Positions 35,494 to 44,900 of a stretch of DNA of 58,737 nucleotides are shown here, piece after piece; the stretch's first letter is position 1, and every line of letters starts with the position of its first letter. The position numbers and the translations under genes are program-made. Source of the DNA: Anaerolineae bacterium (GTDB taxonomy: Bacteria > Chloroflexota > Anaerolineae > Epilineales > JAHCIE01); NCBI GenBank assembly GCA_026129165.1, contig JAHCIP010000003.1, positions 1 to 58,737 on the forward strand. The letters run 5' to 3'. Under the pieces are notes generated by a model that did no database searches, was not told where the DNA came from, and worked only from the letters and a program-made list of their open reading frames with translations.

Positions 35494-36506
35494 GGGCGAT
35501 GTGCTAGATGGGGAAAGCGAGCTTCTTGATGCGCAAGAAGTGGGGCTCCCCCAGTAAGCGGTTGAGATAGAGACACAAGGTATGCGCCGCGAGCTTGGTG
35601 TAGAGGCGGGCACACAAGCCCCAGAAACTGTGGGCATGGTGGGTCTGGAGGTGGAACTGCTCGGTCAGTTGGTCGTTGACCGTCTCGATGATCTGACGGG
35701 CCTGGTTGAGGAGACGGCGGAGACTGGGGGCGACTTGGCGTTTCTGGTTGCGCCGCGGCAGGGTCAGGACCGTGATGCCACGACGTTGGCGCAAGTCCTC
35801 CACGCGCTCGGCGTGGATGTAGGCCTTGTCGCCGATGACCGTCAGGTCACTGTGCTCCTCGAGGAGCGCGAAGCCGACCGCCCCGTCAGGCTCGTTGGCT
35901 GGGGCGAGGGCGAAGTCCAGGATGAGACCCCCGAGGGTCAGTAACAGGTGCAGCTTGTAGCCGTAGATGGTCTGCTTCTTGGTGGGCACCTTGCCGAAGG
36001 CGGCGCCGTGGGCTGCCCACTCGCGGGAGGCGGTGGGCACCAAGTGAAACTGCACCACCGGCACGGGCAGACTGTCGATGATACATTGACCATCCTGGGC
36101 CACATCCAAGACCCGCAGCACCGTTTGGCGTAGGAGGTTGATGGCCAGCATCAAGTTGCGTCGTCGCCGATTGAAGCGACTGCGCTCTGGAATATGCGGG
36201 AACAAGTGGCGGTAGGCCTGCCACTCATGGATAAGGTGGGTTTCCATGGCCCAGCCTCGACACTCGCCGACAATCGCCATCGTCATCAACTCGCTATCGC
36301 TGCACCCGGACTTGGGACCGGGCCGTGGAAACAGGGACTCTATCGGCTGCCAAAGGTCATCAATGAGCACGTACATCCAGGTGACGAAGTCATCGAAGTC
36401 TGCTATCATTGGCGTACCCTCCAGCGTGGCGTTGAGTTTGGGTGGTACCTCACTCTTGCCACACTGGAGGCGTTCTTGTCAAATCCGTTCATCTAGCACA
36501 TCGCCC
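35494..36506 (-). mobile_element. IS982-family insertion sequence (1,013 bp)
   Basis: Perfect 17-bp terminal inverted repeats: GGGCGATGTGCTAGATG (35494-35510) and CATCTAGCACATCGCCC (36490-36506). They enclose a single DDE transposase ORF. I could not identify a clear target-site duplication. Confidence 0.8.
35504..36409 (-). CDS. IS982 family transposase
   Basis: 301 aa, with SDSELMTMAIVGE, GYKLHLL, IGDKAY, RQIIETVNDQL and HTLCLYLN, which are typical IS982 blocks. Confidence 0.85.
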   Translation of the reverse strand: MIADFDDFVTWMYVLIDDLWQPIESLFPRPGPKSGCSDSELMTMAIVGECRGWAMETHLIHEWQAYRHLFPHIPERSRFNRRRRNLMLAINLLRQTVLRVLDVAQDGQCIIDSLPVPVVQFHLVPTASREWAAHGAAFGKVPTKKQTIYGYKLHLLLTLGGLILDFALAPANEPDGAVGFALLEEHSDLTVIGDKAYIHAERVEDLRQRRGITVLTLPRRNQKRQVAPSLRRLLNQARQIIETVNDQLTEQFHLQTHHAHSFWGLCARLYTKLAAHTLCLYLNRLLGEPHFLRIKKLAFPI

Positions 36507-36776
36507 TATTAGGAAGCTGTTTTCAGGCGTATCCAGGGTCATGTAGAGCCGCCCCAGTTCCGTCAATTCATAAGGACTGTTCTTTGGAGAGGAAACGAGA
36601 AATCCCATCCGTTCGAGGGCTTGCCGGTATTGTTCAACCTGCCGTTTAGAGCAGGCCAAGCGTTCGGCCATCGGCTCGGGTTGATTGATCCCCTCCGTCA
36701 CGTAGAAGGGGAATATCAATAACCGATGGATAGTGTCTAGCTCGGACATCTCATCCCTCTCCGCCTCGTGCATCAT
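36489..36776 (-). CDS. winged-helix DNA-binding-like protein whose 3' end runs into the IS982 inverted repeat
   Basis: Contains MAERLACSKRQVEQYRQALERMGFLV (HTH-like). The last 6 codons are IS sequence. The start overlaps the stop of the DpnI-like gene. Confidence 0.45.
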   Translation of the reverse strand: MMHEAERDEMSELDTIHRLLIFPFYVTEGINQPEPMAERLACSKRQVEQYRQALERMGFLVSSPKNSPYELTELGRLYMTLDTPENSFLIGRCAR

Positions 36777-37543
36777 CGAAGCTTGTAATGACCCTGGCCT
36801 TCAAACTCTAGCAGCCCGACATCACGTAGTATCTGAAGCTGCTGACGAATTTTCGGGCGCACGTTCTGATTGTCAGGATGTAACTCCCCCAATTCGTGTT
36901 CGAATTGATACATCTCCGGCAGGCTGAACTCCCTCTTGCCTAGCCTCCTAACCACCTTGAGGACGTCAAGCGTCCACCCCCGCAGGTTGACTCCTAAGCT
37001 GGCAAGGGGCTGAACACGTTGAAATTGCTCTCTAACTTCGCTTTTCCCAATAACCTCGCTATTCAAAATCAGACGCAACTTACCGTCTGTCGGGATGTCA
37101 CCCAGAACGATATTGCAGCCCACCCATCCAGCGCGTCGAGCCTTTGAGCTAAGAGGCTTTCGCTTCTCAATCACCGACTCCGTAAAAAAGAAACGCGGCA
37201 CGAGCAGTAAGTTACGAACGAGCCAATCAGGCGTGTACTGCATCACGAAGAGATTAGGCGTGGCATCGCTCCGGATAGCGGCGACCATAGCGTCATAGGC
37301 CGCGTCCATAATCCTGGTTTCATTCCAGGTTTTGCTGCTTTTGAGTTGATAGAGTTGCCCGCAGACCGGGCATTGAAAGTCTACCACGCGAGTATTCGGA
37401 GGCATTGGCGCAAGGGTATTAGAAGTACAGGCGGGGCAGTAGAGGTTCCTGGCCCCCCATTCTTCGGTCACTACTCGAGCGACCTGAGCGCGACTATGAT
37501 AGCCAGAGGCTAATTCTGGAAGTAGGCTAAGGTCCATATCCAT
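36773..37543 (-). CDS. DpnI-type (Type IIM, methyl-directed) restriction endonuclease
   Basis: Collinear with my memory of S. pneumoniae DpnI: YCPAC...DFQCPVC...QLKS, RKPLSSKARRAGWVGCNI, and a winged-helix tail KIRQQLQILRDVGLLEF. Confidence 0.88.
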   Translation of the reverse strand: MDMDLSLLPELASGYHSRAQVARVVTEEWGARNLYCPACTSNTLAPMPPNTRVVDFQCPVCGQLYQLKSSKTWNETRIMDAAYDAMVAAIRSDATPNLFVMQYTPDWLVRNLLLVPRFFFTESVIEKRKPLSSKARRAGWVGCNIVLGDIPTDGKLRLILNSEVIGKSEVREQFQRVQPLASLGVNLRGWTLDVLKVVRRLGKREFSLPEMYQFEHELGELHPDNQNVRPKIRQQLQILRDVGLLEFEGQGHYKLR

Positions 37544-37628
37544 CCGAAAGCATAGTATTCATGAAATCGAACGGACGATCTAGACGGATCATAGCATATA
37601 TTCTTCTCATTGTCCAGCACAAAACCAG

Positions 37629-37668
37629 CACGGCGCAGGAATGGACCTATCTCCATTCCTGCGCCGTG
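37629..37668 (-). terminator. intrinsic terminator after the 144-aa gene
   Basis: A perfect 17-bp stem, cacggcgcaggaatgga / tccattcctgcgccgtg, with a 6-nt loop. On the minus strand it is followed by ctggtttt. Confidence 0.65.
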
Positions 37669-37695
37669 CGCCATCTCCAGTACGGAAGCTCGGAC

Positions 37696-38130
37696 TTAGC
37701 CGTAGCGTAACTGGTTGGCGGTCTTGAGATACTGGGCCTCATTGGCCTGGATATGCAGCTTGTGCATCAAGACCAGGTCGGCGCTGGGGAGCCAGCCAAT
37801 GGGCTGGACGCAGAGGCTCATGGAGAAGCGCCCGTGGTCGTAGACGGCGACGCGGCCCGGACCGTAGGGGATGCGGTACACGCGCTCGGGGCGGCTGGGG
37901 CTGGGGACTTCCAGGTAGCCGCGCTCTTCGAGCCGGGCGTATTCCTCTGGGGCCAGCGACGCCTTGAGCAGCTTGCGCGCCGTCTTCTCCGCGTGGTACT
38001 GACTGGCAATGGGGCCGACGACGCGCTGCCAGGGGCGCGTGAAGCGGTCCGGCGGCAAGACACACCACAGCCCGACCAGACCGATTACAATCAGGCAGAC
38101 CAGCGCGAGCGGGACGAGGGCGTAGGGCAC
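37696..38130 (-). CDS. membrane-anchored hypothetical protein
   Basis: 144 aa with an N-terminal TM helix. The GTG start lies 4 nt after an AAGGAGG that overlaps the stop of the upstream 82-aa ORF. Confidence 0.55.
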   Translation of the reverse strand: MPYALVPLALVCLIVIGLVGLWCVLPPDRFTRPWQRVVGPIASQYHAEKTARKLLKASLAPEEYARLEERGYLEVPSPSRPERVYRIPYGPGRVAVYDHGRFSMSLCVQPIGWLPSADLVLMHKLHIQANEAQYLKTANQLRYG

Positions 38131-38139
38131 AGCGCCTCC

Positions 38140-38388
38140 TTAGCCGCCGACGATGCGCGGCGCCACCACAATCTTTTCCGCTGTTCGGTCGAACTTGTCC
38201 AGCACCTCAGCCTCGCCGTTGCGCACGGCAAAGGCCGTCCCGCCTCCCTGCCGCGCCTCCTCCAGGATGCGCTCCGCCTCGGCAATCGCCGCCAGCGCCT
38301 CCGGGTCGCCCGACTCAGCCTTCTGGACGTCCCACTCAACCCGCACGTCACCTTGCTTCGACAAAAGATGCAGCACGCTCATGAACAA
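38140..38388 (-). CDS. small protein ending in Gly-Gly (possible beta-grasp/MoaD-ThiS-ubiquitin-like)
   Basis: 82 aa. The C-terminus KIVVAPRIVGG-stop was verified from the DNA (CCG CGC ATC GTC GGC GGC TAA). Confidence 0.55.
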   Translation of the reverse strand: MFMSVLHLLSKQGDVRVEWDVQKAESGDPEALAAIAEAERILEEARQGGGTAFAVRNGEAEVLDKFDRTAEKIVVAPRIVGG

Positions 38389-38805
38389 CTCCTTCTAGAC
38401 TCTAGGTGGCGGACCGACAGAAATAGGGTAGCCGACAGGCGAGGACGCAGGCGCATGACACGGCATGGCAAGGCGTTACGCTGTCGGCGGAGGGGTGGTT
38501 AGGGGCGAACGCGATCGGTGTGGTGATTATAGCCCAGTCAGCGCGTTTGTCCAGAAGCAGACGGGCGAAGGAAGGGGGAGCTGAACCCCTCCCCATCAGC
38601 CAGCCCAGACCCACGCCCTAGGGCTAGGTGAAGGTAAATCAAGCATTCAGTGTGCCAGCTAGCCCTCTACACGGCTCAGGATTTGCAATCTCACACATGA
38701 CCGGACGCGCTGGGCTGACTATAATCTAGAAGCCGTCTTGAATGCTGCTAGAGAGTGAAGGATAAATGATGAAGCGATGGGTTGTTTTCATAGCTATGCT
38801 TTGCC

Positions 38806-40236
38806 GTGCTGGCTGGCTGCCAGGGGCGCCAGCGGTCGGCCGGGTTGTCGCCCGGCTCAATAGCCCACGGTCGTAGCCGCGACGAGTGCGCCCTCGACCG
38901 CTGTCCCCGCCACGGCCACCGCCGTATCGGCAGCCAGTGCGCAGCCTCCCATTGGGACGCCCGCGTCTCCGACGGCTACGGTCGGCTACCCACCATTGCG
39001 GGTCCACCAGCAACGGCGACCGTGCCCGTGGCGACAGCGACCCAAGCGGCGACGACCAAGATTACTGGACCGGGGACAGAAGCCGTTGGGCCGGCCCAGT
39101 TCGACGCGCAGCGCGCCTACCAGCACGTCTTCGCCCTGGCGGGAAACATTGGCAAGCGCGTGGCGGGGACGGAGGGCGGCCAGAAGGGCGTAGCCTATGT
39201 CCAGGCGCAGTTCGAGGCGCTCGGCCTCCAGACGGAACGCCAGACGTTCCCGGTCCGCAGCTTCGAGGAGAAAACACTCAAGCTCGCGCTGACCGCGCCC
39301 GAAGCGCGTGACCTCGAAGTCCAGGCCCTGATTTACACCCTATCGGGCAGCGTGACGGCGCCCCTGGTAGCGGTGCCGAACCCGGGGCGGGCCGAGGATT
39401 ACCGCAATCTCGATGTTCGTGGTAAAATCGCCCTGGTTCAGCGCGGCCAGTTCTTCCTCAGAGATAAAGTCAAGTACGCCGCCGACAACGGCGCGGCCGC
39501 CGTCATCATCTATAACTCGGAAGCCCAGGCCTTCACCGGCACCCTCCAGGAGCGCAGCGCGGTCCCCGCCGTGGCGGTCTCCGGCGCGACGGGCCAGATG
39601 CTGCTCGGCCTGCTCAAGCAAGGCCAGGTCACGGCGCGGCTGGAGGTTGAGGCCGAGATTAGCGAGCGCCAGGCCTGGAACGTGGTCGCCACGCGCCCCG
39701 GCAATGACCAGGTGCTTATCTTCGGCGGCCACCTGGATGGTGTGCCGGCTGGTCCAGCCGCCAACGATAACGCCTCTGGTACCGCGGTCGTGCTGGAACT
39801 GGCGCGCGTGCTGGCCCATTCCAACCGCCCTGAGACGCTGGTATTCATCGGCTTCGACGCCGAGGAGGAAGGGCTGATTGGCTCGCGGGCCTACGTGGAC
39901 AGCTTGAGCGCGACGCAGCGCAAGCAGGTTCGCGCCATGTTCAACTTCGACATGCTGGGCGCGACCGACAACCCGTTCCTGCTCATTGGCAGCCCTGAAC
40001 TGACCCGCCTGGCGAAGGCGAGCGCCGACGCGCTGGGCATCCCGGGGCAGGTCGGCGAGCTAGAGAGTGGCGGCAGCGACCACCAGTCGTTTATCGAGGC
40101 GGGTATCCCGGCTGTCTTCTTTTTCCGGGACGATGCCTTGTTCCACACGCCCCAGGATACCCCCGACCGCGTCCGCCCCGACCACCTGGCGGCCGCCGGC
40201 AAGACGGCGCTGGGGATGCTAGATAAGTTGCCGTGA
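38806..40236 (+). CDS. M28 family aminopeptidase with a PA domain; N-terminal signal region frame-uncertain
   Basis: Has a PA domain (GKIALVQRGQFFLRDKVKYAADNGAAAVIIYN) and M28 zinc ligands (GGHLDGV, NDNASGTAV, DAEEEGLIGS). A lipoprotein-like start (MMKRWVVFIAM ... VLAGC) begins at 38768 in another frame. Confidence 0.8.
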   Translation: MLAGCQGRQRSAGLSPGSIAHGRSRDECALDRCPRHGHRRIGSQCAASHWDARVSDGYGRLPTIAGPPATATVPVATATQAATTKITGPGTEAVGPAQFDAQRAYQHVFALAGNIGKRVAGTEGGQKGVAYVQAQFEALGLQTERQTFPVRSFEEKTLKLALTAPEARDLEVQALIYTLSGSVTAPLVAVPNPGRAEDYRNLDVRGKIALVQRGQFFLRDKVKYAADNGAAAVIIYNSEAQAFTGTLQERSAVPAVAVSGATGQMLLGLLKQGQVTARLEVEAEISERQAWNVVATRPGNDQVLIFGGHLDGVPAGPAANDNASGTAVVLELARVLAHSNRPETLVFIGFDAEEEGLIGSRAYVDSLSATQRKQVRAMFNFDMLGATDNPFLLIGSPELTRLAKASADALGIPGQVGELESGGSDHQSFIEAGIPAVFFFRDDALFHTPQDTPDRVRPDHLAAAGKTALGMLDKLP

Positions 40237-40242
40237 GGCGTG

Positions 40243-40312
40243 ATACGTAGTACATAATGCGTATTTCGTAGTCCGTATCCCAGAAATACGCATTACGCAC
40301 TACGCAATAGGA
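40243..40312. repeat. heptamer-periodic palindromic hairpin
   Basis: gtgatacgtagtacataatgcgtatttc pairs with gaaatacgcattacgcactacgc. Confidence 0.55.
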
Positions 40313-40318
40313 GTCTGC

Positions 40319-41179
40319 ATGGACTGGTTCCGCCGCCAACGCCGCGCCAAGACTGTTTCGCCGGCTCAGGATGAGATGCCGGCCCTGCCCCCGCCCTCGG
40401 AGAGTACGCCCTTGCCCGAGTCGGAGGCGCCAACCGAGGCGGAGGCCGACCCGATGGCCGAGGCGCTCCCTTTCGGCGTGCCCCAGCCGTTCCAGGTCGA
40501 AATCGCCAACCTGCCCCCCGCGCCCGCCTCGGTGCTCATCCCGCAGCCGCTGGACGTGCGGCTTACCACGCCCCCACCGCCGGAGGTCAAGCCCGACGCG
40601 GCGACCCATGCCTTCCTGCTGGCCGAGTTTGGCTACATCACCCAGACGGCCTTCCAGTCTACGGAAGACCGGGCGCGGGTCGCCAACTTCTACTTTGTCA
40701 CCGCAGCGGCAGTCGTGGGGGCGGTGCTGGGCTTCAAGCTCGATACCAGCCCGACGCCCTGGTTCTTCTGGGCCTTTAGCCTGATCTTCGCCGTCCTCAT
40801 CGCGCTGGGCTGGCTGACCATCCTGCAACTGGCGCAACTCCGGGCCGCCTGGCTGGAGAGCGTCCGCGCCATGAACCAACTCAAGACGTATTACATGGAC
40901 CGCTGCGACGAGAAGGCCCGCGCCGCGTTCCGCTGGACCGATGCCACCCGCCCACCCGCGCTCAAGCCGCGCAGCGTGGCATTCCTGATGTTCGTCTCTG
41001 TTGTCGTCATCAACTTTGCCCTGACCCTCGGCTTGAGCGGCTTCCTGACGCTGGCCCTGAACCCGGCCAGCCTGACGGCCGGCGGGTTGACACCAGGGGT
41101 GGTCATCGGCGCGGTCGTGGGCCTCGCCCTAGCCTACGCCCAGTATTGGACCTACCGACGCTTTCTTGCGTGGGACTAA
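40319..41179 (+). CDS. membrane protein with a Pro-rich N-terminal region
   Basis: 286 aa. About 100 Pro/Glu/Ala-rich residues (including TTPPPPEVKP) are followed by ~4 TM helices. Confidence 0.55.
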   Translation: MDWFRRQRRAKTVSPAQDEMPALPPPSESTPLPESEAPTEAEADPMAEALPFGVPQPFQVEIANLPPAPASVLIPQPLDVRLTTPPPPEVKPDAATHAFLLAEFGYITQTAFQSTEDRARVANFYFVTAAAVVGAVLGFKLDTSPTPWFFWAFSLIFAVLIALGWLTILQLAQLRAAWLESVRAMNQLKTYYMDRCDEKARAAFRWTDATRPPALKPRSVAFLMFVSVVVINFALTLGLSGFLTLALNPASLTAGGLTPGVVIGAVVGLALAYAQYWTYRRFLAWD

Positions 41180-41188
41180 GGAGGCTTC

Positions 41189-41725
41189 ATGTCCAACACC
41201 CGTGTCGTCTACCACACCCACGCCTTTGATTTTGTCGAGATGACCGAGGCCGGCGGCCATCCCAAAGCCCTGGTGCGTCACCCCGGCTCCGTCGCCATCG
41301 TCCCGCTGCTGGAACGCGACGGCCAGACCTACGTCGTCCTGGTGCGCCAGACGCGGTTCGCCACCGGCGGCCGGCTGCTGGAACTGCCAGCCGGTACGCG
41401 CGAAGAGGGCGAAGAGGCCGAGGTCACGGCCCGCCGCGAGTTGACGGAGGAGGTGGGCTACGCCGCCGGCCACATCGAACGGCTGGGCGGCTTCTACCTG
41501 GCCCCTGGCTATAGCAGCGAGTTTATGCACGTCTTCCTGGCGACGGAGTTGTCCGAGGAGAAGGCCGAGGGCGATGAAGACGAGGTGGACCTAGAGACGG
41601 AACTCGTGCCGTTAGCCGAGGCCATCGCCAGGGCCGGCCGGGGCGAGTTTGACGACGTGAAAACGGTGGCCGCGCTGCTGATGGTGGCGGCGCGGGGGAC
41701 AGATAGGAAGGGAGGGAAAGAGTAG
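41189..41725 (+). CDS. NUDIX hydrolase (ADP-ribose pyrophosphatase-like)
   Basis: Has the Nudix box in PAGTREEGEEAEVTARRELTEEVGY. Confidence 0.85.
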   Translation: MSNTRVVYHTHAFDFVEMTEAGGHPKALVRHPGSVAIVPLLERDGQTYVVLVRQTRFATGGRLLELPAGTREEGEEAEVTARRELTEEVGYAAGHIERLGGFYLAPGYSSEFMHVFLATELSEEKAEGDEDEVDLETELVPLAEAIARAGRGEFDDVKTVAALLMVAARGTDRKGGKE

Positions 41726-41913
41726 GGAACTGAACCGGCTCAATATTTCACATCGCCTTCTGCCTGTCCGGTCTTCCGGCGCGTCCATAACATTCCCCCC
41801 AACCGACTCGTTTTGAATTGTGAGGGTAAGGGATTCTTTTGACCTAGTATCGCGTCTATCATGCTTGAGGGGACTGTTTCTTCGCATGAGGGGGACCGCG
41901 AGGAGGCATATCT

Positions 41914-44900
41914 ATGGGGGTTCGACCCACCGGGTTGTGGGCCTGGGCCGTACAGCACACGCGGAACCTGTCGCGCGTGGCCCTGGCCGTTGTCCTGAGT
42001 CTACCACTTCTTCTGGCGCTGGGCGTCAGTCTGTGGCTGCTTGGCCCCAGCGACGCGGGCGCCCAAACGGCGTCGCCCTTCTACACCCTGCGCGTCTACG
42101 GACGCGGCTATTATGGGGCGGGCGCCGATAACATTGTGGACCCCGGCGCTGGCCTGACCGCCCAAATCGCGGATCCGGCGACGGGGGCCGTCCCCGAGGA
42201 CGCGCCTTACACCGACCTCGCCGGCGTCTTCCACCCCCAGCACCCCCAGGCCCCTCGCATGGACAGCGTCACCTGGAATCCGGCCTACATGGCCGAGGGG
42301 TTCACGTTTGACGAGAACCAGCGCCGCGGCCTCTACAATCAGATGTTCGCCAACGGCATCAATATCGCCGAGAAGGTCTGGCACCGCATTTGGTACGAGC
42401 CGGAACACTGGGACAAGGACATCAACGCCGACAACCGCCTCACCCGCGACCCGCTAACCGGCCGGCCGCGCGACCCGCGCCTCCAAAACGGGCTGCCGGT
42501 CTGGCTGGACGACATCTGGTATCCGGCCATCCAGCAGGAATTCACCTACACCCTGCTGGAGAACCAGGAGCCGGTCCCGCGCGGCTCCGCCAAGCCGGAG
42601 CCAGTCTTTGGCCGCGCCGGCACGGTCCAGTTCGTCTTCCCCGTCGGCATGCGGGCGTCGGACCTGTTCGACGCCAACGGCCAGTTGGACACCAGCGACA
42701 CGGGGAACGGCGGGCGGGGCTATGGCCTGACGAGCCTGGACGCCGACTTCGACGGCACGCCCGACATCGTCCACGTGGACAGCGAGTTGACCCTCTTCGA
42801 CAAGACGGGCATCGCCGCCGACTTCAACGGCGACGGCCTCCTCCAGGGGCTGCGCCAGGGGTCCGGGTTGACCCCGGATGGCAGCGAACTGGCTATCCTC
42901 CACGTCAACCTGAGCAACCGCCCGCTCCAGGTCGGCCAGTACGCCCAGTTCCTCGACCATGTCGTGCGCGTGTCGGCCCTGTACAACGACTCGGTGCGGC
43001 TGGAGTTCTGGTACACCGGCGACCTGCGGCCCCGCTATCTCGGCTCTCAACTGCTCTACGTGGGCGATATGGCGCTGGCCGGTACGCAAGGCCCGACGCA
43101 ACTCATCGGCGCCGTGCGCAACGGCGGCCCTGGCAGCAACCTGTGCCAGTTCCCCGTCGGCCCCTGGTTCGCCTACGTCGAGACGGTGGACACCGTGGAC
43201 GGCACGGCGGCCCTGTGGCTGGGGCGCGGCCTCGGCCGCCCCTTCAGCGCGATGGAAGACGGCATTGGCGTCCCCGACCGCCGCCCGGGCGACCCCTGGT
43301 GCCTCAAGCGCATGTATGTAGACGGCCACGAGTACAACGTGGTCGCCATCTCCGCCCGCGGCAACGGCGCTCCCATCTACCAGACCGACTGCAACCTGGG
43401 CGACGGCCGGGGCGACCTACCGGCCCCCTATGACCCCTCCGACTTCGAGTTCATCACCCTCCGCCAGCCCATCCCCAAGGGGCCGGATATTCTCATCGCC
43501 CAGCACTCGGTCCGTCTGCGCGGCTACCAGCCCGACGAGTGCCTGCCCAAGCTGCCGCCCTACAACTACGAGCACTACATTCTGGCCGACATCGTCCAAC
43601 TCGACGAGTTGACCGCCGCCATCCCGACGCCGGGGGCTATCAACCCGACGCCCACGGCTACACCCGGCTCAGCCGAGAACCTGATCTACTATTTCGGCAA
43701 GCTCGTCGGCCCGGTGCCGCCCATCCTCCAGGCCAACGCGCCCTTCCCGTATACCACAGAGAACGGCGTCTACAATAACCCGCGTGAGACCAAGTGGTCC
43801 TACCGGGAGGAGACCCGGGAGCCGTCCTTCCTCGGCGTGCTGCGCGAGAAGTACGGCGAGCGGCCGCAGAGCGCCGAGCCGCTGCCAGGCCAGCCGCCGA
43901 CTGAGTTCTTCTACGCCGAGCAGTTCTGGACCCTGCCGTGGTCCTATACCGAGTTCGCCCTGCCCGACCTGGCCGACGCCCGGACGGGCACGCGCCGCGA
44001 CCCGGCCACTGGCCGCGAGGTCGCCAACCCCGACCTATATCTGCTGACGAGCGCCTTCCGCGCGCCGCAGGGGCAGTACCAACTGTGGACCCAGGATCGG
44101 ACCACGCCGTTCCGTTGGGGCGACTGGCCGATTCAGGTGGACCCGCCGCCCTTCGCCGCCCAGAACCGCGTCAAGTTCTGGTTCGACCCGGCGCGCTCGC
44201 CCGACCCGGCCGCCAACCCTTCGGGCAAGATCTACCGCGACGCCCAGGGGCTGCGCCTCTACGGCAAGACCTTCCGCGACCCGGACGACTTCACGGGCAC
44301 GGCCGGCGATATCAGCGTGACGCGCGACGCCAACGGCTACCGCGTCGAAGTGCCGCCCTATACCGACCCATGGGCGCCGTTTAACCCACAACTACCCCAG
44401 GCGCCGCGCAAGGACTCGCTTACCTTCAACCCGGCCTACCTGGACGAGTTCCGCAACAGCAACGAGGCGCTGGCCTCGCTCTATGGCAGCATCTCGATTG
44501 AGGGGGCCGATGCGCGCGAGAAGGTCTACTTCCGTCAGTGGTACGAGAACAGCTATCTGGACAAGCTGCGCTTCGAGAGCGACCGCACGCGCGATTATCG
44601 CTTCTCGGCGCTGATGCAGGAGTTCACCTACCTGTTCCTGGATACGCAGGACCGCCCGGCCCACGCCCAACCCGGCAATAGCCGCCTGGCCCTGCCCATG
44701 GCGACGGGCCGCAACGAGTTGCCCGTCCCACCCAGTGGCGCGGGGGTGAGTTGGAACCCCACGCCGAGCTTCGGCTACGGCCTGACCAGCTTCGACGCCA
44801 ACTTCGACGGCACACCCGACATTGTCACCATTGACAGCGAGCAGTCGCTGGCCCGCAAGACGGGTATCCGCGCTGACTTCAACGGCAACGGCCAGGTGGA

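Noticed and set aside
35486-36511. Target-site duplication for the IS982 copy (TATTA on both sides).
   Set aside because: The left TATTA is separated from the inverted repeat by 3 nt (ttc) while the right one abuts it, so it is not a clean direct repeat. The duplication is left undefined.
38402-38614. 70-aa minus-strand ORF in the spacer upstream of the GG-protein gene, considered as a possible third member of that unit.
   Set aside because: It is Cys/Ala/Pro-rich with no RBS and no recognisable features. The region more likely holds promoters, for example ATGACC-17-TATAAT near 38700-38730 on the plus strand for the peptidase gene.
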